DNA of 60,578 nt from Chiloscyllium plagiosum. Taxonomy: Eukaryota. The translations under genes were made by a program, and so were the position numbers. The notes beneath the pieces were generated by a model. That model did no database searches, was not told the DNA's origin, and saw nothing but the letters and a program-made list of their open reading frames with translations. The DNA is taken from the NCBI RefSeq assembly GCF_004010195.1, contig NC_057728.1, forward strand, positions 46,179,290 to 46,239,867, given 5' to 3'. Below, one piece after another: positions 1 to 11,664 of this stretch. The first letter of the stretch is position 1, and every line of letters begins with the position of its first letter.

Positions 1-309
1 CTTAAAATTTAAGGGCAGCTGTGACCTCATCCAGCAGCTAGCATCGAGTTGAGGTAGTGGAGTAGGACATCCTTAATGTTCACTGTCCAGCCCTAATCTA
101 ATTTGCAGATGATTGCGGTGAAGCTTATAAACCCTGGTTCTCACATTTCCTCCAGAGCACTTTGGTGAGCCTTGTCCTGACTGTGAAGGATGTGCAGCAG
201 TGACTAGATATTGCTGCTGTCACTGGGCTTGCAGTGACTCCACTGTCTCCTTCTGTCTCCACCGTCTCCTTTCCCTCTTCCTTCTCAGGTGGAGCAAGGC
301 CACAAAAAA

Positions 310-488
310 GACAAAGTTAAAAATCACACAAAACCAGCTTATAGTCCGACTGGTTAATTTGGAAGCTCATGCTTTCGGACCACTACTCCTTCTGAAAGCT
401 CATGCTTCCAAATAAGCCTGTTGGATTATAACCTGTATTGTGTGATTTTTAATTTTGTCCACCCCAGTCCAACATCAGCACCTCCACA
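310..488. mobile_element. Short PLE-derived hairpin insert, family B
   Basis: Arm ~310-375 is the reverse complement of ~395-459. It shares the TAACCTG(G)TGTTGTGTGATTTTTAA tail with 16557-16703 and the PLE at 31312-32267. Flanked by acaaaaaagaca (302-313) / acaagaaagaca (489-500). Confidence 0.8.
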
Positions 489-612
489 ACAAGAAAGACA
501 GGCATGGCATTGGATATTCCAGCTCCCATTCAAAGACAAACCTAAGGAAGTCAGATCAATCATGCTGTGGTATTGAAGGGACTCATAAGAACTTGCATCT
601 GAAACAATCAAG

Positions 613-973
613 CAGCGGCTTCCCAAGGAAGTCATAGTCATGCCTTGATAAGGAGCTCTGAGGTACGTGACTGTATAAAGTGTACAGTGGATATCCAGTG
701 AGTCTGGGAGTGGGTTCCTGCCAGTAGAGTATATAGCAGCTGCTGTGCACCATCTTCCACTACTTGCTATTTACTCATACAGTAATGTAAGTCTGCAAGG
801 ACATGAGCAAAAATGAAGAATAAATGTTTGGGGTGCATTTCATGGGGATCTACTGGCAGGAACCTATTCTCAGTGAAAATGGACACACTGGATATCCACT
901 GTGCACTTTGTAAGGTCATGTACCTCAGAGTTCCTTATCAAGGCATGACTATGACCTCCTTGGGAAGCCTCTG
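613..973. repeat. Inverted-repeat (MITE-like) element with ~115-bp arms
   Basis: 613-728 (cagcggcttcccaaggaagtcatagtcatgccttgataagg...ccagtaga) is the reverse complement of 849-973 apart from a short indel and scattered substitutions; 120-bp spacer. Confidence 0.85.
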
Positions 974-2194
974 TGTGTTGGCATTGAGTGGCATAGTGGA
1001 TATGAGGCCCTGAGGAATGAGGCGAGTATGTGTTTGCATGGAGGTAGGATAGAGGGTTTAAGAAGTCATGGAATGAGGAGGAAGTGCTTGAAGGCCCAAC
1101 AGCTTCTGACACAACTAGTACACATTCGCAAAGAAGCAAAGTTGACCTTCAAAACAGCAAAGTTCCATAAGCACTATGGCCATCTCATAATTTGTTTTTG
1201 TTATCAGTGAGACCAAATCCATCCAACATCCACTCCAAAGCCATTGGGAAATTTCTCAAATCAAGCTATTCATGTTTGTAGAACAAATCCACCCACAGAA
1301 ATCAGGACAATAGCAGGTTGCGTAGGGAGGAAGATGGGGGAGGTTGACCAGGAAAACAATGGGGTTTTCAACTCTACAGTTTTAATTAAGACATGGATAA
1401 GGGTCAGAAGCATTCTGATGATTGGATTGTATCGGGAAAAATAGGGCCTTTAGCAAGTAACTGTTTGGGGCCTTACTGGGGAACTCAGATTCTTTATTAC
1501 CACTTCCTGGGATTTGTTGCCCCATAGCTCAAGGAAGCTGAAATATTGGAATGCTCGGGTAATTTTCCAAAGGCCCTATTTCTGCTGGTGCAATGAGCAG
1601 ATAACCACTATGTGTCATGGGCAGTTCACACAATCCAGGCCAGAAACGGAAAATTGGAAATTTGATGGAGGGTGAGAGACTTTGAAAGACCGTTTTGAAA
1701 AGTGAAGAGGGAAAGGAAAATAAAATGCATTTTATGGCCCTGAAAAGCAGCTTAAGTAGATGCTGTGCATTTTTTGTAAATAAGTGGCAATCTCACGAGG
1801 ATGGAAGTAAATTCTTCAGTCACCTAAAAAGATCAGTAGAAGAAATGCTGAGGTAACCAATAAGCATGACTGCCATCTCACTTCTGTCTTAAGTATGGGT
1901 ATGGCTGTCAGTTATCTGTTCAAAATCTTTACCTATGGATGTATTTCACTGAACCTTTTCAAGAAAAAGTATCATTGACCAGGAAATCTGCAGAACATGG
2001 ACCGAAAAGAACTGAAAATGAGAATATTTAAGAAGAAGGTAGATTGTGTCCGGGGTCCTGAGCCCATCTGCTTCACACCAGTGGCATCATTCTCTCTCTC
2101 CATTTTTATGTTTTTCTTTCTATTTTTATTATTTTTTTCATCTTCTGATATCGGTGGGGGGATGGGGGAATGGAGGGAAGAGCAATGCCAACAG

Positions 2195-3018
2195 GGCATT
2201 GGCCACAACAGTGATGGTGCCTGGAGCGGGGACTCCTGGCTGTGGTCCTCCCAGAGCATGGACTCAGGGACGTGGTGGGTCATCAGTTGCGACAGATGTG
2301 GTGCCCAGAGCATGGCTTCGGATACTCGATGGGTCGTTGCCCACAGTGGAGGTGGTGCCCGGAACGGGGACTCAGGGACTCGATGTGTCGTTGGCCGCGG
2401 CAGAGGTGGTATACAGAGCGTGAGCTCGGGTACACGATGGGTCGATGGCTGTGGCAGATGGGGTGCCCGGAGCATGGACTCAGAGACTCGGTGGGTCTAG
2501 GGCCACAGCGGGGGTGGTGCCTGGAGCAGGGACGCAGGGACTCAGTGGGTCATTGGCAGTGGCGGAGTTGGTACCCAGAGCAGGGACTCAGGGGCTCGGT
2601 GGGTCATCAGCTGCGACAGATGTGGTGCCCAGAGCGTGGCTTCGGATACTCGATGGGTCATTGCCCACAGTGGAGGTGGTGCCCGGAGCGGGGACTCAGG
2701 GACTCGATGTGTCGTTGGCCGAGGCAGAGGTGGTGTCCAGAGCGTGAGCTCGGGTACACGATGGGTCGATGGCTGTGGCAGATGTGGTGCCCGGAGCATG
2801 GACTCAGAGACCCGGTGGGTCTAGGGCCACAGCGGGGGTGGTGCCTGGAGCAGGGACTCAGTGGGTCATTGGCAGTGGCAGAGTTGGTACCCAGAGCAGG
2901 GACTCGGTGGGTCATTGGCACTGGCAGAGGTGGTACCCAGAGTGTGGGTTCGGGGTCTCGATGGGTCATTGGCTGTGGCAGTGGTACTCAGAGCATGGGC
3001 TCAGGGTCTCAGTGGGTC
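2195..3018. repeat. GC-rich 54-bp minisatellite (~15 units) with 324-bp hexameric higher-order repeat
   Basis: Unit ~ggtgcccagagcatggactcagggactcgatgggtcattggcngtggcagaggt; gtgggtcatcag recurs at 2275 and 2599 (324 = 6x54); translations show 18-aa periodicity. Confidence 0.95.
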
Positions 3019-4399
3019 AATAACTCATATCTCCTACCTCAACTGGCAGCCTCAGGGCAAAGCACTCTTGCAGTGGAGAAGGACTCAAACATAAGCGAAT
3101 AGACATATGTGAAATTGCATGCAAATTACTCAGCCTGATGCAAAATAGACTGTGGGAGGTGCACTTGCAGGAAATGTCAGAGTCAATTTAATGCCCAACC
3201 AATTACCACTCTACAAACCAGATTTTCAAACATTGATATGTACCAAAACCCACAGTATTGGCTGCTCTACTTGTCTTGAACCTCAGATGTTTAAAAATAA
3301 GATTAATTTGGAGGGCAAAAATGAGAGTGAAATAAATCCTAAGCAATTTTGTATGTTTTCCATTAATTGCTGGTTAATAAGCAGTTAAAAAAATAAAAAT
3401 AAAACATTGCCATTGAGCCTGCTCTTTAGTGTGCACTGGATAAAAAAAAATACTCCCAACAGTCAAATTCAGAAGCATGCATTGAATTTGGCATCTGTTC
3501 CATAAACACTGGTGTACTAAATTGTTATTGCTTATTACATATTTAGTGCAGACCCCAGATCTGCTGCAGAGTTAGCCATGTTGCTCAAATTTGAAATGGT
3601 CCTTCACTAAAAGTAAATAAATTTCTGCACCGTATTTTTCTTATTGAGAGAACATAAATCCTGTGTTGGATTTTTCAACTTGAAGTAAGTCTGACCCACT
3701 ACAAATAAAATCAGATTTACTTAGGCACAAGGCACACACAGGAACACAAATAAGCGTAAATTGCTTCCACAGTACAATATCAATAAGCTCAACACACTAC
3801 GGGTCCAATCATTAAGAATGCATCAATTCTTATTGAACTGGCAATCTGCCAGCTTCAGTCATTTTTCAACTCTAATAATACTTTATAATTCAAAGGCACT
3901 GAAAAGCATTCTTACCAAGCAAGTCATAAATTTATTTCCTGGGGAAAGATTAGAATGATGAACAAGCTTTTCACATTCCAGACAATTTGTTCACATTTGG
4001 AAGAAAAAAACCCCACAATGTCCAATTCCCTTACATGAATAAATGATATCATGTTGCATTAATTGAAAGCTGTGCGGATGCCTGTATAGAAAACAGGCAA
4101 ATCAAAGATTTTGATGATCATCTAACCATAAGCCATTTTTTTTAAAAGAAAAAGTGCTCGCAGCTTGAACAGCAGAGTTTGTTTTCTGCCAGGTGGATGG
4201 TAGAAATAGGCAAAAATGTTTTGTTATCTTCAGATTTTAAAATGTATCGAGCATTACTGATTATTTTTTTACCTGAGCCTGGAGAACTTAAAAAGGTTAA
4301 AGGGGTGCAATTAGTTCACGTTGACCTGCTGATATAGACAGGGCATTGGGGATTCCTGCATCTTAAAACTCAATATTAGGCTCCAAGCCTCAGTTAAAT

Positions 4400-4800
4400 T
4401 AGGCTGCAAAATCTATCTCCAGACATACCAATGGCAAAGCAGACTTCAGTTTGGGGCGTTGCAAGGCAAATAGAGAACTGGATGGTGATCTGGGAGAGGG
4501 AAGGTACTTGAACATCATGGAAGTGAGAGATGGAGAATATCTGGCAATGAGATAAGTAATTGAGAGAGGTATAGAGGTGATTGGATTGGAGGTTAGTGAA
4601 TTAAGGTTTATAGAATGGGAGCACAGCCCTCCAGGCTCAAAGTTCAAGCAAGTCTTTGTTTTAAAGACCTCCTGCAAGGACTGTTGGTCAGACCACATGT
4701 CGAATTGGTTGAGCATCATGATAAAAGGTTGAGCAGGGCAAGGGAAAGATGGGAAATTGAGAGATGGATGCTTACTTGTGAAGACATATGATTAAATTTG
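4400..4800 (-). mobile_element. Very old L2-like LINE relic
   Basis: Weak resemblance to the L2 RT region (a PIS-like motif near 4750-4770); heavily decayed. Confidence 0.3.
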
Positions 4801-5781
4801 CTGATACAACATACAACCAAACAGTGCTGTGATGAGCCAGTATCGTGCATATAATGTTCAGCTTCAGTCACTAAGACACAAAGGAGACTCTCAGAATCAG
4901 TGCAGAGAAGAGACACAAGTATGGTCGCTGTAGTAAATAATTAATGGGCTCACAAAATGGAGAATCATTGGAGAGATTCAGATTTCAAGTGAGAATGCAG
5001 GAATGTGAGAGATTACATAAAATGGTGAACGGTACGGAAAAAGGTATTTTGAAGGCTCATGATATGTTATTATTTAAGAACTTAGGTTCTAAAATGGAAG
5101 AACAATGATTTTATTTTCTCAGCTCTTTAAAGACTTTACTTATGACTAGAACATAATTTTGAAAATTGATTTTAAAGCCACATTTACAAGGAGGCATATA
5201 ATTTTCAGTAAGTAACCAGCAAGCCACTTTGGGAGATGTCATATTTTATGGCCGAGACAGAGAGAGAGCTGGGCAGAAGCAATTTCAAGATAGAAGAGGT
5301 GCACAACAACAAAGGTGCTATTATTCGCAGCTTACAAGTAGTCAGGGCTGTGGAGAAGTTCTGCGTAGCTTAGAAATCAGTGGGAAGAAAGCTCCAGCAG
5401 TAGAAGATAATGGAGGTACCAGAGAGAAAGATATTCTACAAGGCTGCTGAAGACATTAATTTAGGGACCATATTAAGGCATAATCATGAGTTAAATTAGC
5501 AGTTTGTGCTAATGGTCTCAGGGAGAGACATTGATTGAAGAAAATAGCATTGAGCGAATGTGCAGCAATTTGCCAAAAGAAAAACCAGTTACAGCCATAC
5601 CAATGAAGCAAGGAGCATTAATGTGGAGATCAGAGTGACTCTGCATTGAGGTGTGTGTCGGTAAAGTTATTACAAGAGTAAAAGGGGTGATTCTTTATTT
5701 CTGTACTTTTGTATATCCAATAAATCTTGTAAAGTGTGAAATATTGTTTTTATCTTTTATGGTTTAAGCTTCTATTTTGTT

Positions 5782-6905
5782 TGTTATGATGCTGCTCCTT
5801 TAACAAGGTTATGTTAAGCTTGGCTTTTTTTTCCAGAGAGGTTGTAAAAGCAGCGATTCCGAAATGTCTAGGTTTCAATGGGTTTTAGAGCCATTTTGAT
5901 TAGAGCTAACAGATAAAGTAATTAACTAAGTAGAGATAGTTGTAGTTGTATGATGTGGGAGCTGTCTGATCCCATTGTGAACAGCAGTGACCACATCTGC
6001 AGCAAGTGTTGGTTGTTGGAGGAACTCTGGCTCAGAGTTGATTTGGAACCTGAGCTTCAAACACATCCAGGGGGGGGGGGGGGAGTTACCTGGATGCTTT
6101 GTTTCAGGAGGCAGTCACACCCGGTAGATTAAGTAATTCAAAATCAGTTAGTGATCAGGGACAACAGGTGTGATTGTAAGTGAGGCAGGTAGGGGGATCC
6201 TGAGTTCAGAATGGAGGAGCCTCAGCTTTTGACCTTATCAAACAGATATGAGATTCTTGCTCCCTGTGTAGATGAGGAAAAGGGCTGTGGGGAGGATGAG
6301 CCAGCTGACCACGGCACCATGGTGCAGAAAGCCATTTAAGAGGGGGGAGCAAAAGGACAAGTGGTAGTTACAGGGGACTGTAGAATTAGAGGGATAGATA
6401 GAATCCTTTGCAAGCTGGATCGGGAGTTCCACATGGTGCGTTGCCTGCCCGGTGCCAGGTGTTGGACATCTCCGACCGGCTTGAAAGGATATTGGAGCGG
6501 GAGGGGGAATATCCATGTTGGGACAAACAACTTAGGCAAGGGATGGATGGATGATCTGTTTGAGAATTATCAAGCACTTGGAATGAAATTAAGGAACAGG
6601 TTCTTGAAGGTCATAATTTCCAGATTACTGCCCGAAGCACGTACAAATTGGCTTAGGGATAAGAAAATTAGGGAAGTAAACACGTGGCTAAATGAGTGGT
6701 GTGGGAAAGAGGGGTCCATTTTATGGGGCAGTGACATCAGTTTTGGAACCGGGGCATCTGTACCAATGCGATGGTCTCTACCTGGAACCGATCTGGAACC
6801 AGTGTTCCAGCAAAAAGGATAAATAGGGTGGTCACTAAGACTTTATATTTGTGAGGCGAGGGAAAGGGAAAACAACAGGAAGTATGACGGTAAATAAAAA
6901 GGTAA
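5782..6905 (+). mobile_element. CR1 5' fragment: degenerate ORF1 (zinc finger + SGNH esterase), no ORF2
   Basis: CSCMMWE...HICSKC zinc finger near 5941-6010; esterase motifs VTGD, CLPGA, HVGTNN and WLNEWC in ORF 6361-6822; stops and frameshifts. Confidence 0.85.
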
Positions 6906-7539
6906 AAGGAAATAATATGTTTCTCCCAAAGCATTTGAGGGTGAAAACTGGGGTTGGAATTAAGGAACAGTGAGTTGTAAACTGTAGCTTTCTGAATGAC
7001 AAAACTAATATAGACTGAAGATTCTTTCTCATCTGTAATTATCTTATGATTTTCTTTATTATTATAATTAGATAATAAGAGCAAAGCTCTAAGGCGGACA
7101 GAATTGGATTAGGTCAATAATCAGGTAATGCATGTTTAATTTGCACTTGTTTTATTGAGATGCCAGTAGCATGTTAACTTTGTACTGCTTTTCAATGATT
7201 GTGGTACGTGGCTAGGACCAAGCACATAGCCTCGTAGCATTTTACCTCAAGAAGTGGTGCAAATTCATGCAAGGCTTGCATTACTTAATGCCACGCTGTG
7301 CTATTGAAAGCCAATGTATACCTCTCAGAGGCAGGAGCAGCTATTGGAACTGATTCATAAAAAAGACATCGAACAGAAAAGAGAGTGGAAACAGTATCAC
7401 AGGCTACAGAGTATGAGCCTGGATTATCAAAGACAGCACTGAGGCCTTGGTGAAAAAGCTGGATCAAACCGACATGATCAATGGATATAGTGCAATGACC
7501 TCACCCAGTGGTTCAGGTAACTCAATATGAACTTACATA

Positions 7540-8290
7540 TGAATCTACGAAATAGGAGCAGGAGTAGGCCACATGGCTCCTCCAGGCTGCTCTGCCATTT
7601 AATAAGGCCATTTCTGATCTGATTACTCCAAGTTCCTGCCACCCATGAAAACATCTCCACCATCATGCTTATCAAGAAATTATCTATCTATGTCTTAGAA
7701 CATTTCAAAGGCTCTACTTTCACTATCTGTTTAACTGTCTGTGGGAAAATATTTCACTTCATCTCTGTCTTAAAGAGGTGACTCCTTATTTTTAGACTGA
7801 GACCCCATAGTTCTAGAATTTTCTATAAGAATTAAAATCCTTTCCCTATGCACACTGTCAAGGTCATTCTGTATTTGTTATATTTTAATCAATGTGCTTC
7901 TTGCTCTTCTAAACTCTTAGATCCAAGCCCAATCTTTCCAAATTTTCCCTACTAGCTAATAAATCATTTTCAGATCTAGTACACCATCTCTGAACTGCTT
8001 CCGCTGCATTTGCATCCTTTTTTATACAGTTCTCTAGTTATGGTCTCATCAATGCCAAAGATAGCTGAAACTTAATCTCCCTTCCTTTGTTCTCAATTCC
8101 CCTCATAATAAAAGATAACATTCTCATGACCTTCCTACGTACTTGTTGTATCTGTGTACAAACCTTCATGCACGACTTCATCCAAATCCCTCTGCATTTC
8201 AGCGTTCTATAATCTCTTAATATTTTGATAATGTGCTTTGTCTTCCTACCAAAATGGACAATTTCACATTTTCCCACATTATACTCCATC
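7540..8290 (-). mobile_element. Old CR1 LINE 3' fragment
   Basis: Minus ORF 8038-8310 MEYNVGKCEIVHFGRK...MLSFIMRGIE; reverse-complement CR1 3' UTR ggagcaggagtaggcca near 7555-7571. Confidence 0.85.
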
Positions 8291-8669
8291 AAACTCAAGA
8301 TTATCTTCAAATGCTATGTTCTTACAAATGATCCATTAGCCATGCACTATTCCATTCACTATCCCCCCACTCATTGATCTGTATCCAGCATGAATCCTAT
8401 CCAACAGTCAGTGCCTGAACTTGCCTTCACACACTTAACACTGCAAGAAGCTTCACTCTCACATCTCACAGACTGCATTCACTGCCAGCTGTAGTAGAGA
8501 TATCATTCAAACACATTTTATCGTCTTCTAGCATAACACTTCTCTTTCTTTCATAGAGAAGGAAGAGGTCATTTCAGACTGACATGAGGAGAAATTTCTT
8601 CACTCAGAGAGTGATGAGCCTGTGAAATGCTCTACTATAGAAAACAGTTGAGACCAAAACATCAGCCTG

Positions 8670-9020
8670 GTAAACCTTCTCTATAATAAAAGCAGCCTTC
8701 CTCAGATAAGGAGACTGAACAATACACAATGTTCCAGATATAGTCTCACTAAGACCCTGTTAAATTACAGTAAGACATCTCTGCTCCTGTACTCAAATAC
8801 TCATACTATGCTGGGCAGCATTGCATTTGTCTCTTGACCTGGTTACTTTGAGTCACTGACGTATAAGGATCCCAGGTCACATTGCACATTCCCCTCTCTG
8901 AATTCATAGGCATTTTATAATAATTCATCTTCATGTCATTGCTCCCATAGTGGATATACTCAGTTCATACTCTATCTGCCATGCATTTGCCCACTTAATC
9001 AGCCTCTCCAAATCATGTTA
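8670..9020 (-). mobile_element. Old CR1 ORF2 fragment
   Basis: Reverse-complement CR1 motifs (ctcctgtactcaaa; ctgccatgcatttgcccact). Confidence 0.65.
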
Positions 9021-9399
9021 AATTTCCACTGGAGCCCAGCCTTCCAGCATCAAATTGATGGCCAGCTGCATGAGAACGTAAGTGGACCTGTCATTTCTGC
9101 AGTACCAGAAGCTATCCAAAGCCTGAACTCGACAGTGAAAGTTTAGAAGGGAGTCATGAGCTTGTTAACCTGGAGGCTGCTGCTATCATGTGCACAGACA
9201 TTAGTCACAAAGAGGCTTTCAGGTTCACATGATAGTCTAGCAATCGCTGTTCTAACTAATGATGCATCTTTAATGCCCAGTCCTCAGGTGAGCTTATCTC
9301 ACTTGTTACAGTTCCAGGGGGGATGCCCCAAATTGTTATGCTCCCAAATGAAGGGAGGTGATGTGGTTCCCTATGTTTATTCATCCACCCTCCTTCATT

Positions 9400-9491
9400 T
9401 AATGTGGGAAAATATGAAATTGTCCATTTTGGTAGGAAGGCATAGCACATTATCAAAAATTAAGAGATTATAGAACTCTGAAATGCAAAGG
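9400..9491 (+). repeat. Local inverted copy of 8189-8281
   Basis: taatgtgggaaaatatgaaattgtccattttggtaggaag...ctgaaatgcaaagg matches the reverse complement of 8189-8281 with few differences. Confidence 0.85.
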
Positions 9492-9974
9492 TTAGTAAGA
9501 GGAAAGGTCCAACCTTTTGTGGATACTTTTCTCCTAGACCAGCTGAAATTATGTCTTAAGAGGAACCAATTTGGTCAACATTTTTGAGTTAATAAAAGAG
9601 AAAGGTTCGTAAGTATAAACACAAAGAGAAATAAGAATACAACACACATAGACAAACATTAGAATATGATAAAGAAGATAAAAAGATTTTAAAAACTAAA
9701 ATTATAGATCAGCATTTGTGTCAATTGTGAAAAGGGAAGAGCAGAAGATTCCTGCCATTACAGTGGATGATACTAGCAACATTTATGTTGGGAGTTGAAT
9801 AATTGATTTTGAGATTCCTGATTTTGCAGGCTGATTGAAATTCTTTTGTCCATTTGACAGTGGTTAGCTAACAGCCCTTACACTGGGAGAACATTTTTTT
9901 TCCCCTTTCTTTACCACCTATGCTCTTCATAGTGCACCAGCCCATACACTAGGATGTCAAGCTACTAGCATAAA

Positions 9975-10625
9975 CAGATCCATAAGACCGTAAGACCATA
10001 AAACATAGGAGCACAAGTTAGGCCATTCAGCCCCCTCGAGTCTGCTCTGCCATTCAATCATGTCAGATAAGTTTCTCAACCCCATTCTCCCACTTTCTCC
10101 CCACACCCTTGATCCCCTTGATAAGCAAGAACCTACCTGTCTCATTCCTGATGAATGGCTTATGCCCGAAACATTGATTCTCCTGCTCCTTGGATGCTGC
10201 ATGACCTGCTGTGCTTTTCCAGCACCACACTCTCAAATGTACCTATCTCAGTCTTAAACATACTCAATGATCTGACTTCCACAGCCTTCTGTGGCAATGA
10301 ATTCCATAGATTTGTCACTCTCTGGTTGAAGAGGTTTCTCCTTATCTCCGTTCTGAAAGGTTTTCCCTTTACTATAAGGCTATGCCCTCGGGTCCTAGAC
10401 TCTCCCACCAATGGAAATATCTTCCCAACATCTACTCTGTCCAGGCCATTCAGTATTCTGTAAATTTCAATTGGATCTCCCCTTAATCCTTATAAACTCC
10501 ATGTTTAAGTCCTCAAACATTCCTTATATGTTAAGCTTTTCATTCCTGGGACCATTCTTGTGAACCTCGTCTGAATACTCTTCAGGGCCAGTACATCCTT
10601 CTGGAGATATGGAGCCCAAATGTGG
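9975..10625 (-). mobile_element. CR1 LINE 3' fragment with (GACCATAA)-like tail, interrupted by a PLE insert
   Basis: Minus ORF 10160-10411 GESRTRGHSL...RRNLFNQRVTNLWNSLP is the CR1 ORF2 C-terminus; tail repeats at 9980-10000. Confidence 0.9.
10145..10239 (+). mobile_element. Short PLE-derived insert, family A, with degenerate hammerhead
   Basis: ctgatgaatggcttatgcccgaaac at 10148-10172; flanked by tacctgtctca (10134-10144) / tacctatctca (10240-10250). Confidence 0.85.
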
Positions 10626-10738
10626 GCTTGCTTCCAACTCTAATTTTTGTATATTCCTTGGAAGAATGAAACACCATCCTGTCTTTAGGAAATGGTCTCC
10701 TGCTGAGAAGAGATTAGGTAGTCAACCTCTTTTTATTT

Positions 10739-11048
10739 GATTACATTAGATTCCCTCCAGTGTGGAAACAGGCCCAACAAATCCACACTGACCCTCCAAA
10801 GAGAAACCCACCCAGACCCATTTCCCTCTGACTAAAGCACCTAACACTCTGCGCAATTTAGAATGGCCAATTCACCTAACCTGCACATCTTTGGACGGTG
10901 GGAGGAAACCGGAGCACCCGGAGAAAACCCATACAGACACAGGGAGAATGTGCAAACTCCACACAGACAGTCACCCAAGGCTGGAATTGAACCTGGGTCC
11001 CTGGCACTGTGAGGCAGCAGTGCTAACCACTGAGCCACCGTGCTGCCC
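10739..11048 (-). mobile_element. HE1 V-SINE (tRNA-derived)
   Basis: Minus strand GGGCAGCACGGTGGCTCAGTGG (A box) and GGTTCAATTCC (B box); V-domain TGTGTGGAGTTTGCACATTCTCC...CCGGTTTCCTCCCAC; AATCT tail. Confidence 0.92.
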
Positions 11049-11558
11049 CTTTCTTCCTTTCAATTCTTTCCATTTGAATATAGCCAGGCAGTGTACTGGT
11101 AGGATATTCAGAATTCTATTCCAGACAGCTGTAGTCATCCTGGCTCTATCAGTGCACTTTTAAAAAGCACATGTTTGAATTAAAAGTTTTATATGTCATT
11201 GGGGTTATTACCTATAGTGATGAGACACCAGTTGGAGGTGTGACAGTGACTCTGATGCAGAAGCCTACGGTCCTCTCTCAGGAGAACAGTATTCATCCTT
11301 CCAGCATTATCACTTCATCATTGCTACTGTTGTCACCTGTAAGCCAGCCCAGAGCACTGCCACCTATGCCAAAGTAGTACTGTACAAAGCCATTTCCTCA
11401 AAACCCCCAGTTAACTGAGATCTCTTACTGTAGGGGTCATCTGCAGTGTCTCCTATCAAATGTCAATTCAATCAATTGAAACTTGTCTGACATTCAATTA
11501 GATCATTGGGCATTATCTACCTCAATGCCAATATCCCACATTTATCGCCATATCCCCA

Positions 11559-11664
11559 TAGGACTCAACTGAAGTATTGCTTTCAAGTATAAAATGACAA
11601 TGGTACCAATAAACTCTTTGAATTACTTTCTATTTGGTAGCTTATTAGGTTAAATAATATCCCA
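11559..11664 (+). repeat. Dispersed direct repeat, copy 1 (partner 17583-17677)
   Basis: taggactcaactgaagta...ctatttggtagcttattagg(t/c)aaataatatccca is shared by both copies. Confidence 0.9.

Noticed and set aside
1438..1581. 13-bp inverted repeat aaatagggccttt (and a similar weak IR at ~19385/19915)
   Set aside because: Probably remnants of old palindromic DNA-transposon relics, but too decayed to delimit or classify.
2195..3018. CRISPR-like array
   Set aside because: Units are homologous along their whole length with no unique spacers; vertebrate context with no cas genes.
2242..3102. 286-aa + strand ORF as a real gene
   Set aside because: It starts at GTG, lies in a GC-rich repeat poor in stop codons, and drifts through all three repeat registers after 10-bp deletions; no homology recognised.
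10960..11048. tRNA genes at SINE heads
   Set aside because: A/B boxes are fused to V-domains and LINE-type tails, so these are HE1 SINEs.
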